Origin: a virus
Lineage: Duplodnaviria; Caudoviricetes
IMG/VR virus record: IMGVR_UViG_3300032303_001757
Span: 1 to 24,924 of that record
Direction: 5' to 3' (one strand)
DNA: 24,924 nucleotides
Below are positions 1-8,465 of this stretch, piece by piece. The translations under genes and the position numbers were made by a program. Below the pieces are notes generated by a model. The model made no database searches. It saw nothing but the letters and a program-made list of their open reading frames with translations, and was not told the DNA's origin. How positions within the stretch are numbered: position 1 is the stretch's first letter; each line of letters begins with the position of its first letter.

Positions 1-515
1 CAAGTCGAAGGTATCATCTTCTGAACGTTGAGAAGATCATTAACGATTGTATCAATGTTACCATATAGATCTATACCCATATCAGTCGTAAGGGTAATGC
101 TACATGCCTTTTCGAACTTAGTTAGAGCTTCTCCTGTATTGATAGTACCTGTAGATATTTCATTAGCAAGGGAGAGCATTGTATTATATACAGCTTTCTC
201 TTTTAGAAACTTTTCAGTGTTCGCATACAGTTCATCTTTATCGATATTCTTATCGATATTTTTGATTTCGGTAATAACGGTCTTAAACGAGTTTTTAAGA
301 CTATCTGTTGTTATGTAGGCTTTGACTTCGGTGAGTGTCGGCAGCTTATCTCTTTGCTGATAGAATTTCGATATAATAGTAAAGATAGCTGCAATATTTT
401 TATCTTTAAAGTACTCTGGCTTGATAAAATCTACAATAGCAGCAAGGTACGCAGAGTCAGTTAGTGCTCTGCTACATAGAATTTTTTCGAAGTAATCGTG
501 ATTCAAATCAAGCAC
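1..515 (-). CDS. gp41: Replicative DNA helicase, T4 gp41-like, N-terminal part (runs off the left edge)
   Basis: Not in the ORF track. Manual translation from GTG at 515 gives MLDLNHDYFEKILCSRALTDSAYLAAIVDFIKPEYFKDKNIAAIF...TEKFLKEKAVYNTML...FEKACSITLTTDMGIDLY..., open to the edge. This resembles the gp41/DnaB N-terminal domain (IKPEYF, EKFxKEKAVYN, sitlxxdxGxD). The Walker motifs would lie outside the window. Confidence 0.75.
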   Translation of the reverse strand, partial: MLDLNHDYFEKILCSRALTDSAYLAAIVDFIKPEYFKDKNIAAIFTIISKFYQQRDKLPTLTEVKAYITTDSLKNSFKTVITEIKNIDKNIDKDELYANTEKFLKEKAVYNTMLSLANEISTGTINTGEALTKFEKACSITLTTDMGIDLYGNIDTIVNDLLNVQKMIPST

Positions 516-521
516 GATTAC

Positions 522-549
522 ATTATACCGTCTTAAACTTGAGAATCAA
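522..549 (-). promoter_or_regulatory. Sigma70-type promoter for the helicase gene (TTGATT-16 nt-TATAAT)
   Basis: Minus strand reads TTGATT (549-544), 16 nt, TATAAT (527-522), then 6 nt to the GTG start. No SD is present. Confidence 0.6.
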
Positions 550-555
550 GAAATG

Positions 556-1740
556 TTAATCACCTTCTTCAAACTCTGCGATCTCAGCTTTAATCTCAGC
601 TAAAAACTTATCAGCGAGCACTTTAGATTGATTGTTAGATGATAGAATGCTTTTTAGAGCATCAACAAATCCAATTTTCAGCCCTGATTTCTCGTCTGGG
701 GTTAGAGGCAATTTCATAATCTTTTGAATTACCCAAAGAAGATATTGCTGGTCTTGTGGCGATACAATCGATCTCAATTTAGCCCATAATGCAGGACCGA
801 TCATAATATCAAATGTTTCACCTTCCAATGTATCAGATGCTAGTGCAGTTTTTGTCGCCTGCTTATTCGGGTGTATAGAAGACATTACAACTTCCATGGC
901 ACCTTTAATTATTTCATGTACAAGTATAGGGAAACATAGACCTTGAGCTTTGATGACAATTCTACCCTCCTCATCTTGGTCGATCTCTTCAGCACCAGCA
1001 GCCATACCACTTTGTGCTGCCATTTTCTCCACTCCCTCTGGCATGTACCAATACATTATATTGGAAATGGTTACTAGGAGAGCGTATTCATTTTCAATGT
1101 TAGGACCTAGTTTCGCTTGAAGCTGGTCACCAATCAACCTAAACACATCAAAGTACGACACACTAGCTCCTTGTGTTATCATGTTTGCTACTTTACGTCT
1201 TAGAACTTCACCATCAACATCTAATGAGTCTGCTAGCTCTAACTCTGCTTGCTCATCGCTGAATAAACCTGTATCTTCATCCTGCTCTTGAAATGACTCA
1301 GCGTCAGAAAGCAAGTCTATATCAACATCACCAAGAGTAACATCAAATACAATATTACCTGCATCATGCTGATCTTTAAGCTGTTTAAACATAGGAATGT
1401 TTAAGACAGTTTCAACTGCGAGGTGCTCTAGAAATTCTTTGTGCCTTTTCTCCTTCGCCATAACATCAGATGCTATTTGCATCGATGACATTAACACTGG
1501 AGTTAGAGAATTTGCCGTTTTAAACGTTTTACCTGTTTGCTTTTCGAGCCTAGCGATAAGGTCTTTGTACCTTTCCGATGAAAGGTATTCCAGATAGCTT
1601 TGCTCGTTATTGGTTAATTTAGGTAAAACTTTCTCGATATCCTCGTTACCACCAGTAATTCTGGAGAGTTTATCGGGGTTTACTATATTTGGAAAGTCAC
1701 CAGGGTCGAAGGCTTCAGAAATCTTCATTCGCTTTTGCAT
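556..1740 (-). CDS. Acidic hypothetical phage protein (394 aa), possible internal head protein
   Basis: Long ORF coupled to the upstream gene by TAA-t-ATG. It has an N-terminal I-S-E (gp21-type cleavage motif), a FPILVHEIIKG motif and acidic tracts. Confidence 0.8.
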   Translation of the reverse strand: MQKRMKISEAFDPGDFPNIVNPDKLSRITGGNEDIEKVLPKLTNNEQSYLEYLSSERYKDLIARLEKQTGKTFKTANSLTPVLMSSMQIASDVMAKEKRHKEFLEHLAVETVLNIPMFKQLKDQHDAGNIVFDVTLGDVDIDLLSDAESFQEQDEDTGLFSDEQAELELADSLDVDGEVLRRKVANMITQGASVSYFDVFRLIGDQLQAKLGPNIENEYALLVTISNIMYWYMPEGVEKMAAQSGMAAGAEEIDQDEEGRIVIKAQGLCFPILVHEIIKGAMEVVMSSIHPNKQATKTALASDTLEGETFDIMIGPALWAKLRSIVSPQDQQYLLWVIQKIMKLPLTPDEKSGLKIGFVDALKSILSSNNQSKVLADKFLAEIKAEIAEFEEGD

Positions 1741-1741
1741 A

Positions 1742-2035
1742 TTAGTTCTTGTATTTGTTGAACGTATCTGTCAGTCTTCTTTTTAGGAATTTTGCCGCAA
1801 GCCCAGCACCATCTTCTTCCTCTTCATGTGATAGGTCAACTAGAGCTTTTGGCTTAGGTTTAGTTAGTGGATCTGTAGGAGTAAATGGACCTGGTGAACG
1901 TCTAGGCTTTGGTGGGGCGCTCGGCGCTGGTTGTGTTTTGGGCCTGACTTTTGGTCTTGCTGGAGCCGTTGTTGTGTTTTCACCGACGATTTTTATCATA
2001 CTATTATATAGTTGATTGAAACTATTCTTACTCAT
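1742..2035 (-). CDS. Pro/Lys-rich small hypothetical protein (97 aa)
   Basis: Low-complexity PK/PR-rich core; TAAATA 5 nt upstream of the ATG; stop abuts the start of the next gene. Confidence 0.75.
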   Translation of the reverse strand: MSKNSFNQLYNSMIKIVGENTTTAPARPKVRPKTQPAPSAPPKPRRSPGPFTPTDPLTKPKPKALVDLSHEEEEDGAGLAAKFLKRRLTDTFNKYKN

Positions 2036-2040
2036 TCTTT

Positions 2041-2046
2041 TATTTA
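2041..2046 (-). promoter_or_regulatory. T4 late-type promoter core (ATAAATA)
   Basis: Minus strand GAATAAATA-aaaga-ATG(2035). Confidence 0.6.
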
Positions 2047-2087
2047 TTCATAACTGTCTTTTTTTGTGTGTCTGTATAAGTATTAAT

Positions 2088-2378
2088 ATGCAGCAGGATG
2101 ACGATGATTATGAGGATGTTGGAATTCCATGGGAATATATTATCGCAGCAATAATCGTAGATGGATTAATTCAAATACCTCTAACAGCTTTAATGTCGTT
2201 TATACTCTCTCACTATAATATACCTTCTCCAAATGTCGTTTTATGGTGGTTAGGAATAGTTATATTTTACTCATCTTTAAACTACTGGCATCCAGTTATA
2301 GCGGGTCGGCTTTTTTTAGCTCAATACGTATGCATTTTGGTATCTCTCATTGCGTTTGGTATAGAATTTTTGCTATAA
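2088..2378 (+). CDS. Small membrane protein (~96 aa, about 3 hydrophobic segments, acidic N-terminus)
   Basis: Start re-assigned to ATG 2088 (MQQDDDDYEDV...), because the track start at 2016 overlaps the divergent gene. TATAAGTA lies 5 nt upstream, and there are three hydrophobic stretches. Confidence 0.65.
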   Translation: MQQDDDDYEDVGIPWEYIIAAIIVDGLIQIPLTALMSFILSHYNIPSPNVVLWWLGIVIFYSSLNYWHPVIAGRLFLAQYVCILVSLIAFGIEFLL

Positions 2379-2385
2379 AAGATGC

Positions 2386-2414
2386 TTGCTCGTTATAACG
2401 AACCTTTATATATT
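2386..2414 (+). promoter_or_regulatory. Sigma70-type promoter (TTGCTC-17 nt-TATATT)
   Basis: TTGCTC at 2386-2391, 17-nt spacer, TATATT at 2409-2414, then 7 nt to ATG 2422. Confidence 0.45.
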
Positions 2415-2421
2415 ATATATA

Positions 2422-2670
2422 ATGAGAAAATATATTTTTAACCGTAAAAACGGACCAGCCATCGAAATGAGTTTGGATGAAATTTCACGCTGGGCTTGCT
2501 TATTAGAGGGTATCGAGTTTGTAACGAAGCGTAATGAAGAATTAGGTATCGATTCAGAACGAGATAGTGAATGGATTAAACCTTTGGCGTTCCAAAAATA
2601 TATAGATGAACGGTTTGAGGCAATGCGCCATGACCTTAAAGTTGAGACTATGCTTGGAAGGTTAAATTAA
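2422..2670 (+). CDS. Hypothetical protein (82 aa)
   Basis: Start re-assigned to ATG 2422 (MRKYIFNRKNG...). Protein-like composition; its stop overlaps the convergent gene's stop (TTAA 2667-2670). Confidence 0.75.
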   Translation: MRKYIFNRKNGPAIEMSLDEISRWACLLEGIEFVTKRNEELGIDSERDSEWIKPLAFQKYIDERFEAMRHDLKVETMLGRLN

Positions 2671-2870
2671 CCTTTGCCACAGCCACACCTACGCGGCTGT
2701 GGCTGTTGTACATCTGGCATATATAGCGATATAACATGCCACACTATATTCCTTCTTTCCATTTCAGAGAGAACGTTTTTATACTTTTCATTTATTCTAT
2801 CGAGATCTAAACCTTCTTCGATATGATGTATGACGCTGTTTTTGTAATCCTGTTTTATATCTTGTGTCAT
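2667..2870 (-). CDS. Hypothetical protein (67 aa) with C-terminal RRCGCGKG
   Basis: ATGA overlap with the upstream gene's stop; last gene of the leftward tail run. Confidence 0.7.
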   Translation of the reverse strand: MTQDIKQDYKNSVIHHIEEGLDLDRINEKYKNVLSEMERRNIVWHVISLYMPDVQQPQPRRCGCGKG

Positions 2871-3607
2871 GTTATAATAGTAGGCTGTATTGTTTTGACC
2901 TTTGTATTATTTGATGTACCTTCAACGTGAAAGTTGTTGAGGACTAATTTTATAAATTGATTTGTAGCGCTTGTGGATATAGGTGAGCAGAATGTAATGC
3001 CTGCTGCAATATTATCGGCGTTAGAGTCATTTATAATTCTATATGGTATTGAAATTGTCGCAAGATTAGTATAATTTACGTTTGTGTTAGATCTATAATC
3101 GATCGTTAAAGCCTGATTAGAGTTGCTATATCTGTATCTTATCGTCTGATAACTATTATCTATACTAAATCCTAAAGATGATAGCTGTGAATTGAAGATG
3201 ATTGTGTCATCGTAACCTCTCACGATAAGTGAGTTTGCAGACAAGCTGTTTATGGAGACTCCTGGTCTAAGTGCAGATGAGAGTGCATAATAGCCAGTAG
3301 TGTCAAAAGCTATACTAACTATGTTAATAGGTTTAGCAGTTAACGTGGTTGTGGATGATTTGATTGTAACTGTAACATCCCCGGACAGATGTTGTGATTT
3401 TGTGCATAAATACTGACCAGGTATGACACTAGGACTAGTAGTTGTTGTGGATAGAAATGCAGCGAACCCTGCTTGCTTAGATACATTTCCAGAGAGCTGG
3501 TACTTGATTGACCACGTAATATCGTAGTTTGAGTTATATCTATTAGTATCACGATAGCAATAATATTTGCTATCTATAGGAAGTTGAACATCTGATGGGA
3601 ATGACAT
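2867..3607 (-). CDS. Putative virion protein with ConA/legume-lectin-like beta-sandwich (246 aa)
   Basis: GFAAFL ... IVSIAFDT ... YQTIRYRY ... LTIDY resembles the L-type lectin pattern GxAFxL / vAVEFDT. The protein is Ser/Thr-rich and sits in the tail module. Confidence 0.6.
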   Translation of the reverse strand: MSFPSDVQLPIDSKYYCYRDTNRYNSNYDITWSIKYQLSGNVSKQAGFAAFLSTTTTSPSVIPGQYLCTKSQHLSGDVTVTIKSSTTTLTAKPINIVSIAFDTTGYYALSSALRPGVSINSLSANSLIVRGYDDTIIFNSQLSSLGFSIDNSYQTIRYRYSNSNQALTIDYRSNTNVNYTNLATISIPYRIINDSNADNIAAGITFCSPISTSATNQFIKLVLNNFHVEGTSNNTKVKTIQPTIIT

Positions 3608-3608
3608 A

Positions 3609-3812
3609 TTATTTAAATGCGCAGGTTATTGTATCGCTATCGCTAAACGCTTTTGTGAATACTAATGTATATCCCAGTCTATCTAGCTCCTTTTTGATAA
3701 TTTTAAAATATTTTTGATCAACATTGACTATTAAACTGTGTCTAGTCTTATCGTATAAGACATGGTCGGAAAATTCTTCGCATATACCTCTAGCTCTATT
3801 ATATGTTTTCAC
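3609..3812 (-). CDS. Hypothetical protein (67 aa)
   Basis: GTG start with ATAAATA 6 nt upstream; exactly fills the gap between its neighbours. Confidence 0.7.
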   Translation of the reverse strand: MKTYNRARGICEEFSDHVLYDKTRHSLIVNVDQKYFKIIKKELDRLGYTLVFTKAFSDSDTITCAFK

Positions 3813-3824
3813 ATATAATATTTA

Positions 3825-5036
3825 TTACCCATATATGCTCACGCTAAATCTCGTATTTACACTATTTGTCCCAGGGGTTAAAGCAGCTCTTATTGTGCTA
3901 GTACCAGTAATTAGCTTTGAATCTGACTGGTTAAATTTTGTAGCTATAGAGTAAAATACAACTCTAATCGTATTTGAATTTATAACCTGTACATACGCAT
4001 CAATAGACGGAGAGAATATTATCTGATTCTCCGTGGTTTCATAACTATATGTCCCGTTTACTATATTTACATCGACAACTACTGTTCCAGTATCGAATGT
4101 GTCTGCAGTTGTAATATCATAAGCACCGCTAGCTGGATGATCGAATCTAGAGGTGCTCTCAACTAACGGCAACCCATTAATAGTCGACAGGTCGGCAAGA
4201 GCCGTTGCCACACTTACCTGTGCAATATTTGCAATTCTAGAACTTCTAACGATTGACGGCCCTTGAGTAAAAACTGCATATGCTGTTGGTGCAAATATTG
4301 GTGTAATTGATACGTTGCCACTTAATGGGAATTGACTTGACGATATCCCTGCATATGCACCTGTTAGACCTTTTCCTAAAGTTAGAGTTGCAGAGTTAGC
4401 CGATACGAGTGAGTTAGCTGTAGACCACTCTAGATTTCCTGCCGCATCAGTTCTTAGATAACCATTAGTCACAACAGCAGCCGTTAGTCTATAGTTTTGC
4501 GTACCTAATGTTAAATTCGTTGGGAGTTTTAAATTAGTAGATGTACGCGTAACAATCTCATCTACAGATACTCTAGATGATAAGGCTACTCTTCCTGATG
4601 TTATCGTTAAAGAATTTCCAATAGCATCTGTAGATATATTATAAGCAGAGAGAGCAGAAACTTGAATTTGATTGGTACCATTTATAGAGATAGTACCATT
4701 CCCAGCTGTATAAAACCCACCTACGGGACTCCAGCTATTTATATTGCTTGTTGCTCCTGAATTATATATATAAAGAGTGCTTCTACTAGTATCAAATGCA
4801 CTATCACCAGGTCTTGGAACATTCGTCAACCCTAGAATATTTGACGAATAACCTTTAAATATATTACCTGTAATGAATCCTCCAACTGTTACACCATCAC
4901 CAATATATAGCCTATTACTATCAGTAGTATATCCAAATTCACCAACATCTAAAATAACACTTTGTCTTTGAGACTCTGTGCCACTTCTAGCTATTAGTTT
5001 AATTAGTGTGTTGTTAAATAGTGTTATTGAACTCAT
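3825..5036 (-). CDS. Tail fibre/receptor-binding-like protein with Mtd_N/hyaluronidase-type N-terminal motif (403 aa)
   Basis: N-terminal RSGT...GEFGYTTDSNRLYIGDGVTVGG motif, plus GYLRTDAAGNLEW (tail-fibre-like); beta-rich S/T/G composition. Confidence 0.75.
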   Translation of the reverse strand: MSSITLFNNTLIKLIARSGTESQRQSVILDVGEFGYTTDSNRLYIGDGVTVGGFITGNIFKGYSSNILGLTNVPRPGDSAFDTSRSTLYIYNSGATSNINSWSPVGGFYTAGNGTISINGTNQIQVSALSAYNISTDAIGNSLTITSGRVALSSRVSVDEIVTRTSTNLKLPTNLTLGTQNYRLTAAVVTNGYLRTDAAGNLEWSTANSLVSANSATLTLGKGLTGAYAGISSSQFPLSGNVSITPIFAPTAYAVFTQGPSIVRSSRIANIAQVSVATALADLSTINGLPLVESTSRFDHPASGAYDITTADTFDTGTVVVDVNIVNGTYSYETTENQIIFSPSIDAYVQVINSNTIRVVFYSIATKFNQSDSKLITGTSTIRAALTPGTNSVNTRFSVSIYG

Positions 5037-5051
5037 TATGATTATTTAGTA

Positions 5052-6170
5052 TTAATATGTGAAAACAGGAATTGCAAATCTACCTGGGACTCTCACTCCA
5101 TTTCTTACAACCGTACCACCTTGAAACGCAATAAAGCCTGCAGATGATAAGGTTAGAACAATCGGCGAAGGTGACGGACCATTATAACTACTCACAACTG
5201 TCACTGTAGTCTGACCGGCGCTAGGATACCCGCTAAGAACTTGATCAGGTGAGCCAAAGTAATTTCCTGCTGTGGTACATGAAAGTAGGTCAAAGATTGA
5301 GGATCGAGATGATGTAATTACACCTGCTTTATTAACATCGAACATTGGAAGTTCTTGTGCACTAGATGCACGCTCTACTAATGTAACTATACCTCCAGCA
5401 CAAAGTGAGAAGTAGTTTGTATCGATACTTGCTAAGTTAGTGCTTACTAATGGGATAGATCCTGCAGATCCTGCGCTAAAAGTAGTTGAAAACCCATTTG
5501 CCAGATTTTGTACACCTAAAGCTGTTATAGGGGTAGATAGTACTGTAAGTTTATTACCTAGAAATCCAACAGTAACTCCATCTACATCTACACCGACCTT
5601 ATTACCACTACCACCACTCAGCCCCTTTGTCAATGCTGTCGAGTTGATATGCAATTCGTTTACTCCACCTTGATTGAGAGCGAACTTATCACCGGATATC
5701 GTAAACGTTGAAGTGTTATAGTTAACAGCAAATCTTGTTGTTATTCCATTAGATGATAATGCAATACTTGCACTTGATAGAGCTTGTATGTTTAATTTCG
5801 AGCCATCGATAGAGCCATTTCCAATGGTTAGAGTTCCGCTAGAGTTTACAATGTATAAATCGTCTACATCTTGACTAAACGTCTCCCAGGATGATAACTT
5901 GTTATAAGAAGAGCTTGCAAGTCTATATACTATACCGTCAGCTCTAACAAGATCTCCAACTTCTGAAACTATTGTAGAGAGACTTTGATATGTAGGTACG
6001 CTGGGGTGAATCTTATTACCCACAGCAACACCTCCTGCAGTCTGTCCATCGCCAAGATACAATCTTCTTGTATCAGTTGTACCTCCAAGCTCTCCCTGAT
6101 CGAGGGTGATTGAAAGTCTTGTTGAGTTTGTACCTCTACGCACTTTAACTTTGCTTACTGAAATATCCAT
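5052..6170 (-). CDS. Tail fibre/receptor-binding-like protein with Mtd_N/hyaluronidase-type N-terminal motif (372 aa)
   Basis: N-terminal KVRRGT...GELGGTTDTRRLYLGDGQTAGG; paralogous to the N-terminus of 3825-5036. Confidence 0.75.
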   Translation of the reverse strand: MDISVSKVKVRRGTNSTRLSITLDQGELGGTTDTRRLYLGDGQTAGGVAVGNKIHPSVPTYQSLSTIVSEVGDLVRADGIVYRLASSSYNKLSSWETFSQDVDDLYIVNSSGTLTIGNGSIDGSKLNIQALSSASIALSSNGITTRFAVNYNTSTFTISGDKFALNQGGVNELHINSTALTKGLSGGSGNKVGVDVDGVTVGFLGNKLTVLSTPITALGVQNLANGFSTTFSAGSAGSIPLVSTNLASIDTNYFSLCAGGIVTLVERASSAQELPMFDVNKAGVITSSRSSIFDLLSCTTAGNYFGSPDQVLSGYPSAGQTTVTVVSSYNGPSPSPIVLTLSSAGFIAFQGGTVVRNGVRVPGRFAIPVFTY

Positions 6171-6171
6171 A

Positions 6172-6747
6172 TTAGTATTGAGTTGTTATGTTCCATATAT
6201 TAGAACTATATGTTAGCTTATAAATTGTTATATCTGCTATTACACCTGCTGGTGTTCTGACTTTTTGTAAGACGATAGCTACATCATTGTCAACAGGATT
6301 AATCCAGCTAATTGCTGCAATAATGGCTGGCAAGCTTGGCGAACTTTCTGTGTTGAGCCTGTTAGGTAGAATGAATGTTTTAGTAGATCCACCTGTCCCT
6401 GCTATACCAGCAATGATTCCATTTGTAACTCTAATATTAGGTGAGCTATATAACCCATCACTTAGAGGTGCAGCTGTCGATAAGACATTTGTAATCGACC
6501 TGAACACCAAGCTATTAGCTGTGGCTAGAACGGGTATATCATTTACATTGCCTCCTGATGCTGGATAAGTTATACTCCCAATTTCAAGATTGGTTACTTT
6601 CGCTGCGGTGGTTGAGAGAGACAAAGATGATTGTACACCACCCCCATCAAACACTGGTTGAAACTGATTTGTTAGTTGCTGTCCGCTTATATGGAGAAAC
6701 GTAGTCCATATATCTTTTATTTGTAATCCGTTAAAGCTTTCAGGCAT
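6172..6747 (-). CDS. Putative tail-associated structural protein (191 aa)
   Basis: Intact ORF in the tail module, S/T/G-rich, with late motif ATAAATA 5 nt upstream. Confidence 0.7.
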   Translation of the reverse strand: MPESFNGLQIKDIWTTFLHISGQQLTNQFQPVFDGGGVQSSLSLSTTAAKVTNLEIGSITYPASGGNVNDIPVLATANSLVFRSITNVLSTAAPLSDGLYSSPNIRVTNGIIAGIAGTGGSTKTFILPNRLNTESSPSLPAIIAAISWINPVDNDVAIVLQKVRTPAGVIADITIYKLTYSSNIWNITTQY

Positions 6748-6755
6748 ATTGTTAT

Positions 6756-8465
6756 TTATCGCGCACTATCTATTTTGCCAGCTAAATCCAGCTGCAAGGT
6801 TAAAATCTCCTCTATAGTTCTATTCAGTGCACCAACGTTGATACTTTCATTGGAATATAATAGTAGATTTGAAGTGTCTATGTTTTTAATATTCGACGAT
6901 GTTTGCTGGTATATAGATTCGCTATCTATTCTCTTCACTGTGTTAAAAGTGTAGTACAGTATAAGCGTATCATATATAATTGATTTAAATGCTGAATTTA
7001 ATACCAGACCTATACTACTATCAGACACTTCTATACTATTATATCTAACTGCTGTATCTAGAGGAACAATTGTATTAAAGATTGTATTATTGTTAGTCTT
7101 GATATAGTTATTTGCAAGGGCTAAAGAGTAAACTTTATCACTAACATCAAACTGTACGTCGTATGTAAAGCTAGTACCATCGTAAAGGGTAGGAGTACTT
7201 GTACTTATAACATCTGTCAGCTCGCTAAATGCACTACTCTCAACTGGGAGAGTAAACTGATCGCTAGTCATTTTTGTTACAGGTGACACAGTTCCAGATA
7301 CACTTATAGGTCTAAACTCTATGAAGTCTAGCTCTGTATTGGTATAGTAATAAAATAAAATTATGTTAGAGTCAAATGGTGAGAATCTCACAACAGTTGG
7401 ATTGTTCTGAGTATCTATCTCTTGACTGTATATAGGAGCTGTATTAGTAGCTAATTTTGAAATGTCGTAAATTGACATGGATAGCTTGCCTTTGATATCT
7501 CCAACTAACACAAGGGCATCATCCTCAAATCTCTGTATTAAGTGCTTAATATTGTCTATACCAACATCTTCGAAAGTTAATGACTTGATAATCTCACTAG
7601 AGTTTACTGCATACAATTCAAGAGCTAACTGCCCTTGATTCTTAGCTACAACAGCTCTGTAATTTTTTCCGTAAGATGCTTTGGATAAATCTTCAACAAC
7701 ACCAAGTTTACTCAACTCTAACTCATCTTTAATGAGAATGGTGTTGTTTGGTGAGTCGTAATCATAGGTGTATATATTAACAGTTGATGGTGCAGTTTGA
7801 TATATAACCTCTCTATATTTATCGTAGAATATATTGCTCCTATTTCCACCTAACCCCTCGAGGAGAGATTGTGAGATAGTCGGTGCTGTTGGGGAATTTA
7901 TAGCTCCTTGAACTGTGACATCTTTATTAAAGTACTTAAATGAGGATGATAGTGTTGTGAATATAGAACTGCTATCTGTTACTGGCTTATCTGTTTGTAT
8001 ATAACCCGCTTGTTTAAGATCTAGAGTTGTTTGTATATTTTTTCTTGATATTATAGGCCCACCGTTGCTTGATATTCCATATACAAATGTATTTGTATTG
8101 CTATCATTAAAAAGAGGGTTACCGTAGTTTTGATCATAACCAACACCTGACGCGAAAATTTTAAGATTATTTTCAGTTAGAGTGTCTATAATATTTGCTA
8201 TAGACGTAATATCTAAGATCGACTTTGGGTATACCTCTATTGAAGTTATTTTTGATTTTAGATTAGACGAGAAGTTATAATCAAATTCAATCTGGTTAAG
8301 AATTGCGTTTGCTATAAATGTTTCCTTGCTTGATAAGACCTTAGATCTGGATGTATATACTGATCCCGCATACGCAGCATCATTAACAACAGTTACCATA
8401 CCGCTATAGTTTGCACCATCGAGAGTAAATCCCGTACCGTCTGTATATTTGAAATATGATATCAT
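6756..8465 (-). CDS. Putative baseplate/tail structural protein, beta-rich (569 aa)
   Basis: Long ORF with an ATGA overlap to the upstream gene; alternating beta-strand pattern, possibly propeller-like. Confidence 0.7.
   Translation of the reverse strand: MISYFKYTDGTGFTLDGANYSGMVTVVNDAAYAGSVYTSRSKVLSSKETFIANAILNQIEFDYNFSSNLKSKITSIEVYPKSILDITSIANIIDTLTENNLKIFASGVGYDQNYGNPLFNDSNTNTFVYGISSNGGPIISRKNIQTTLDLKQAGYIQTDKPVTDSSSIFTTLSSSFKYFNKDVTVQGAINSPTAPTISQSLLEGLGGNRSNIFYDKYREVIYQTAPSTVNIYTYDYDSPNNTILIKDELELSKLGVVEDLSKASYGKNYRAVVAKNQGQLALELYAVNSSEIIKSLTFEDVGIDNIKHLIQRFEDDALVLVGDIKGKLSMSIYDISKLATNTAPIYSQEIDTQNNPTVVRFSPFDSNIILFYYYTNTELDFIEFRPISVSGTVSPVTKMTSDQFTLPVESSAFSELTDVISTSTPTLYDGTSFTYDVQFDVSDKVYSLALANNYIKTNNNTIFNTIVPLDTAVRYNSIEVSDSSIGLVLNSAFKSIIYDTLILYYTFNTVKRIDSESIYQQTSSNIKNIDTSNLLLYSNESINVGALNRTIEEILTLQLDLAGKIDSAR

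Noticed and set aside
28-318. Plus-strand 96-aa ORF
   Set aside because: It is the antisense shadow of the minus-strand gp41-like frame, which is absent from the track because it has no stop in the window.
3825-6170. Diversity-generating retroelement suggested by Mtd_N-like domains
   Set aside because: No reverse transcriptase, no adenine-mismatched template/variable repeat pair and no CLec-type C-terminus are visible in the window; the N-terminal domain alone is not diagnostic.
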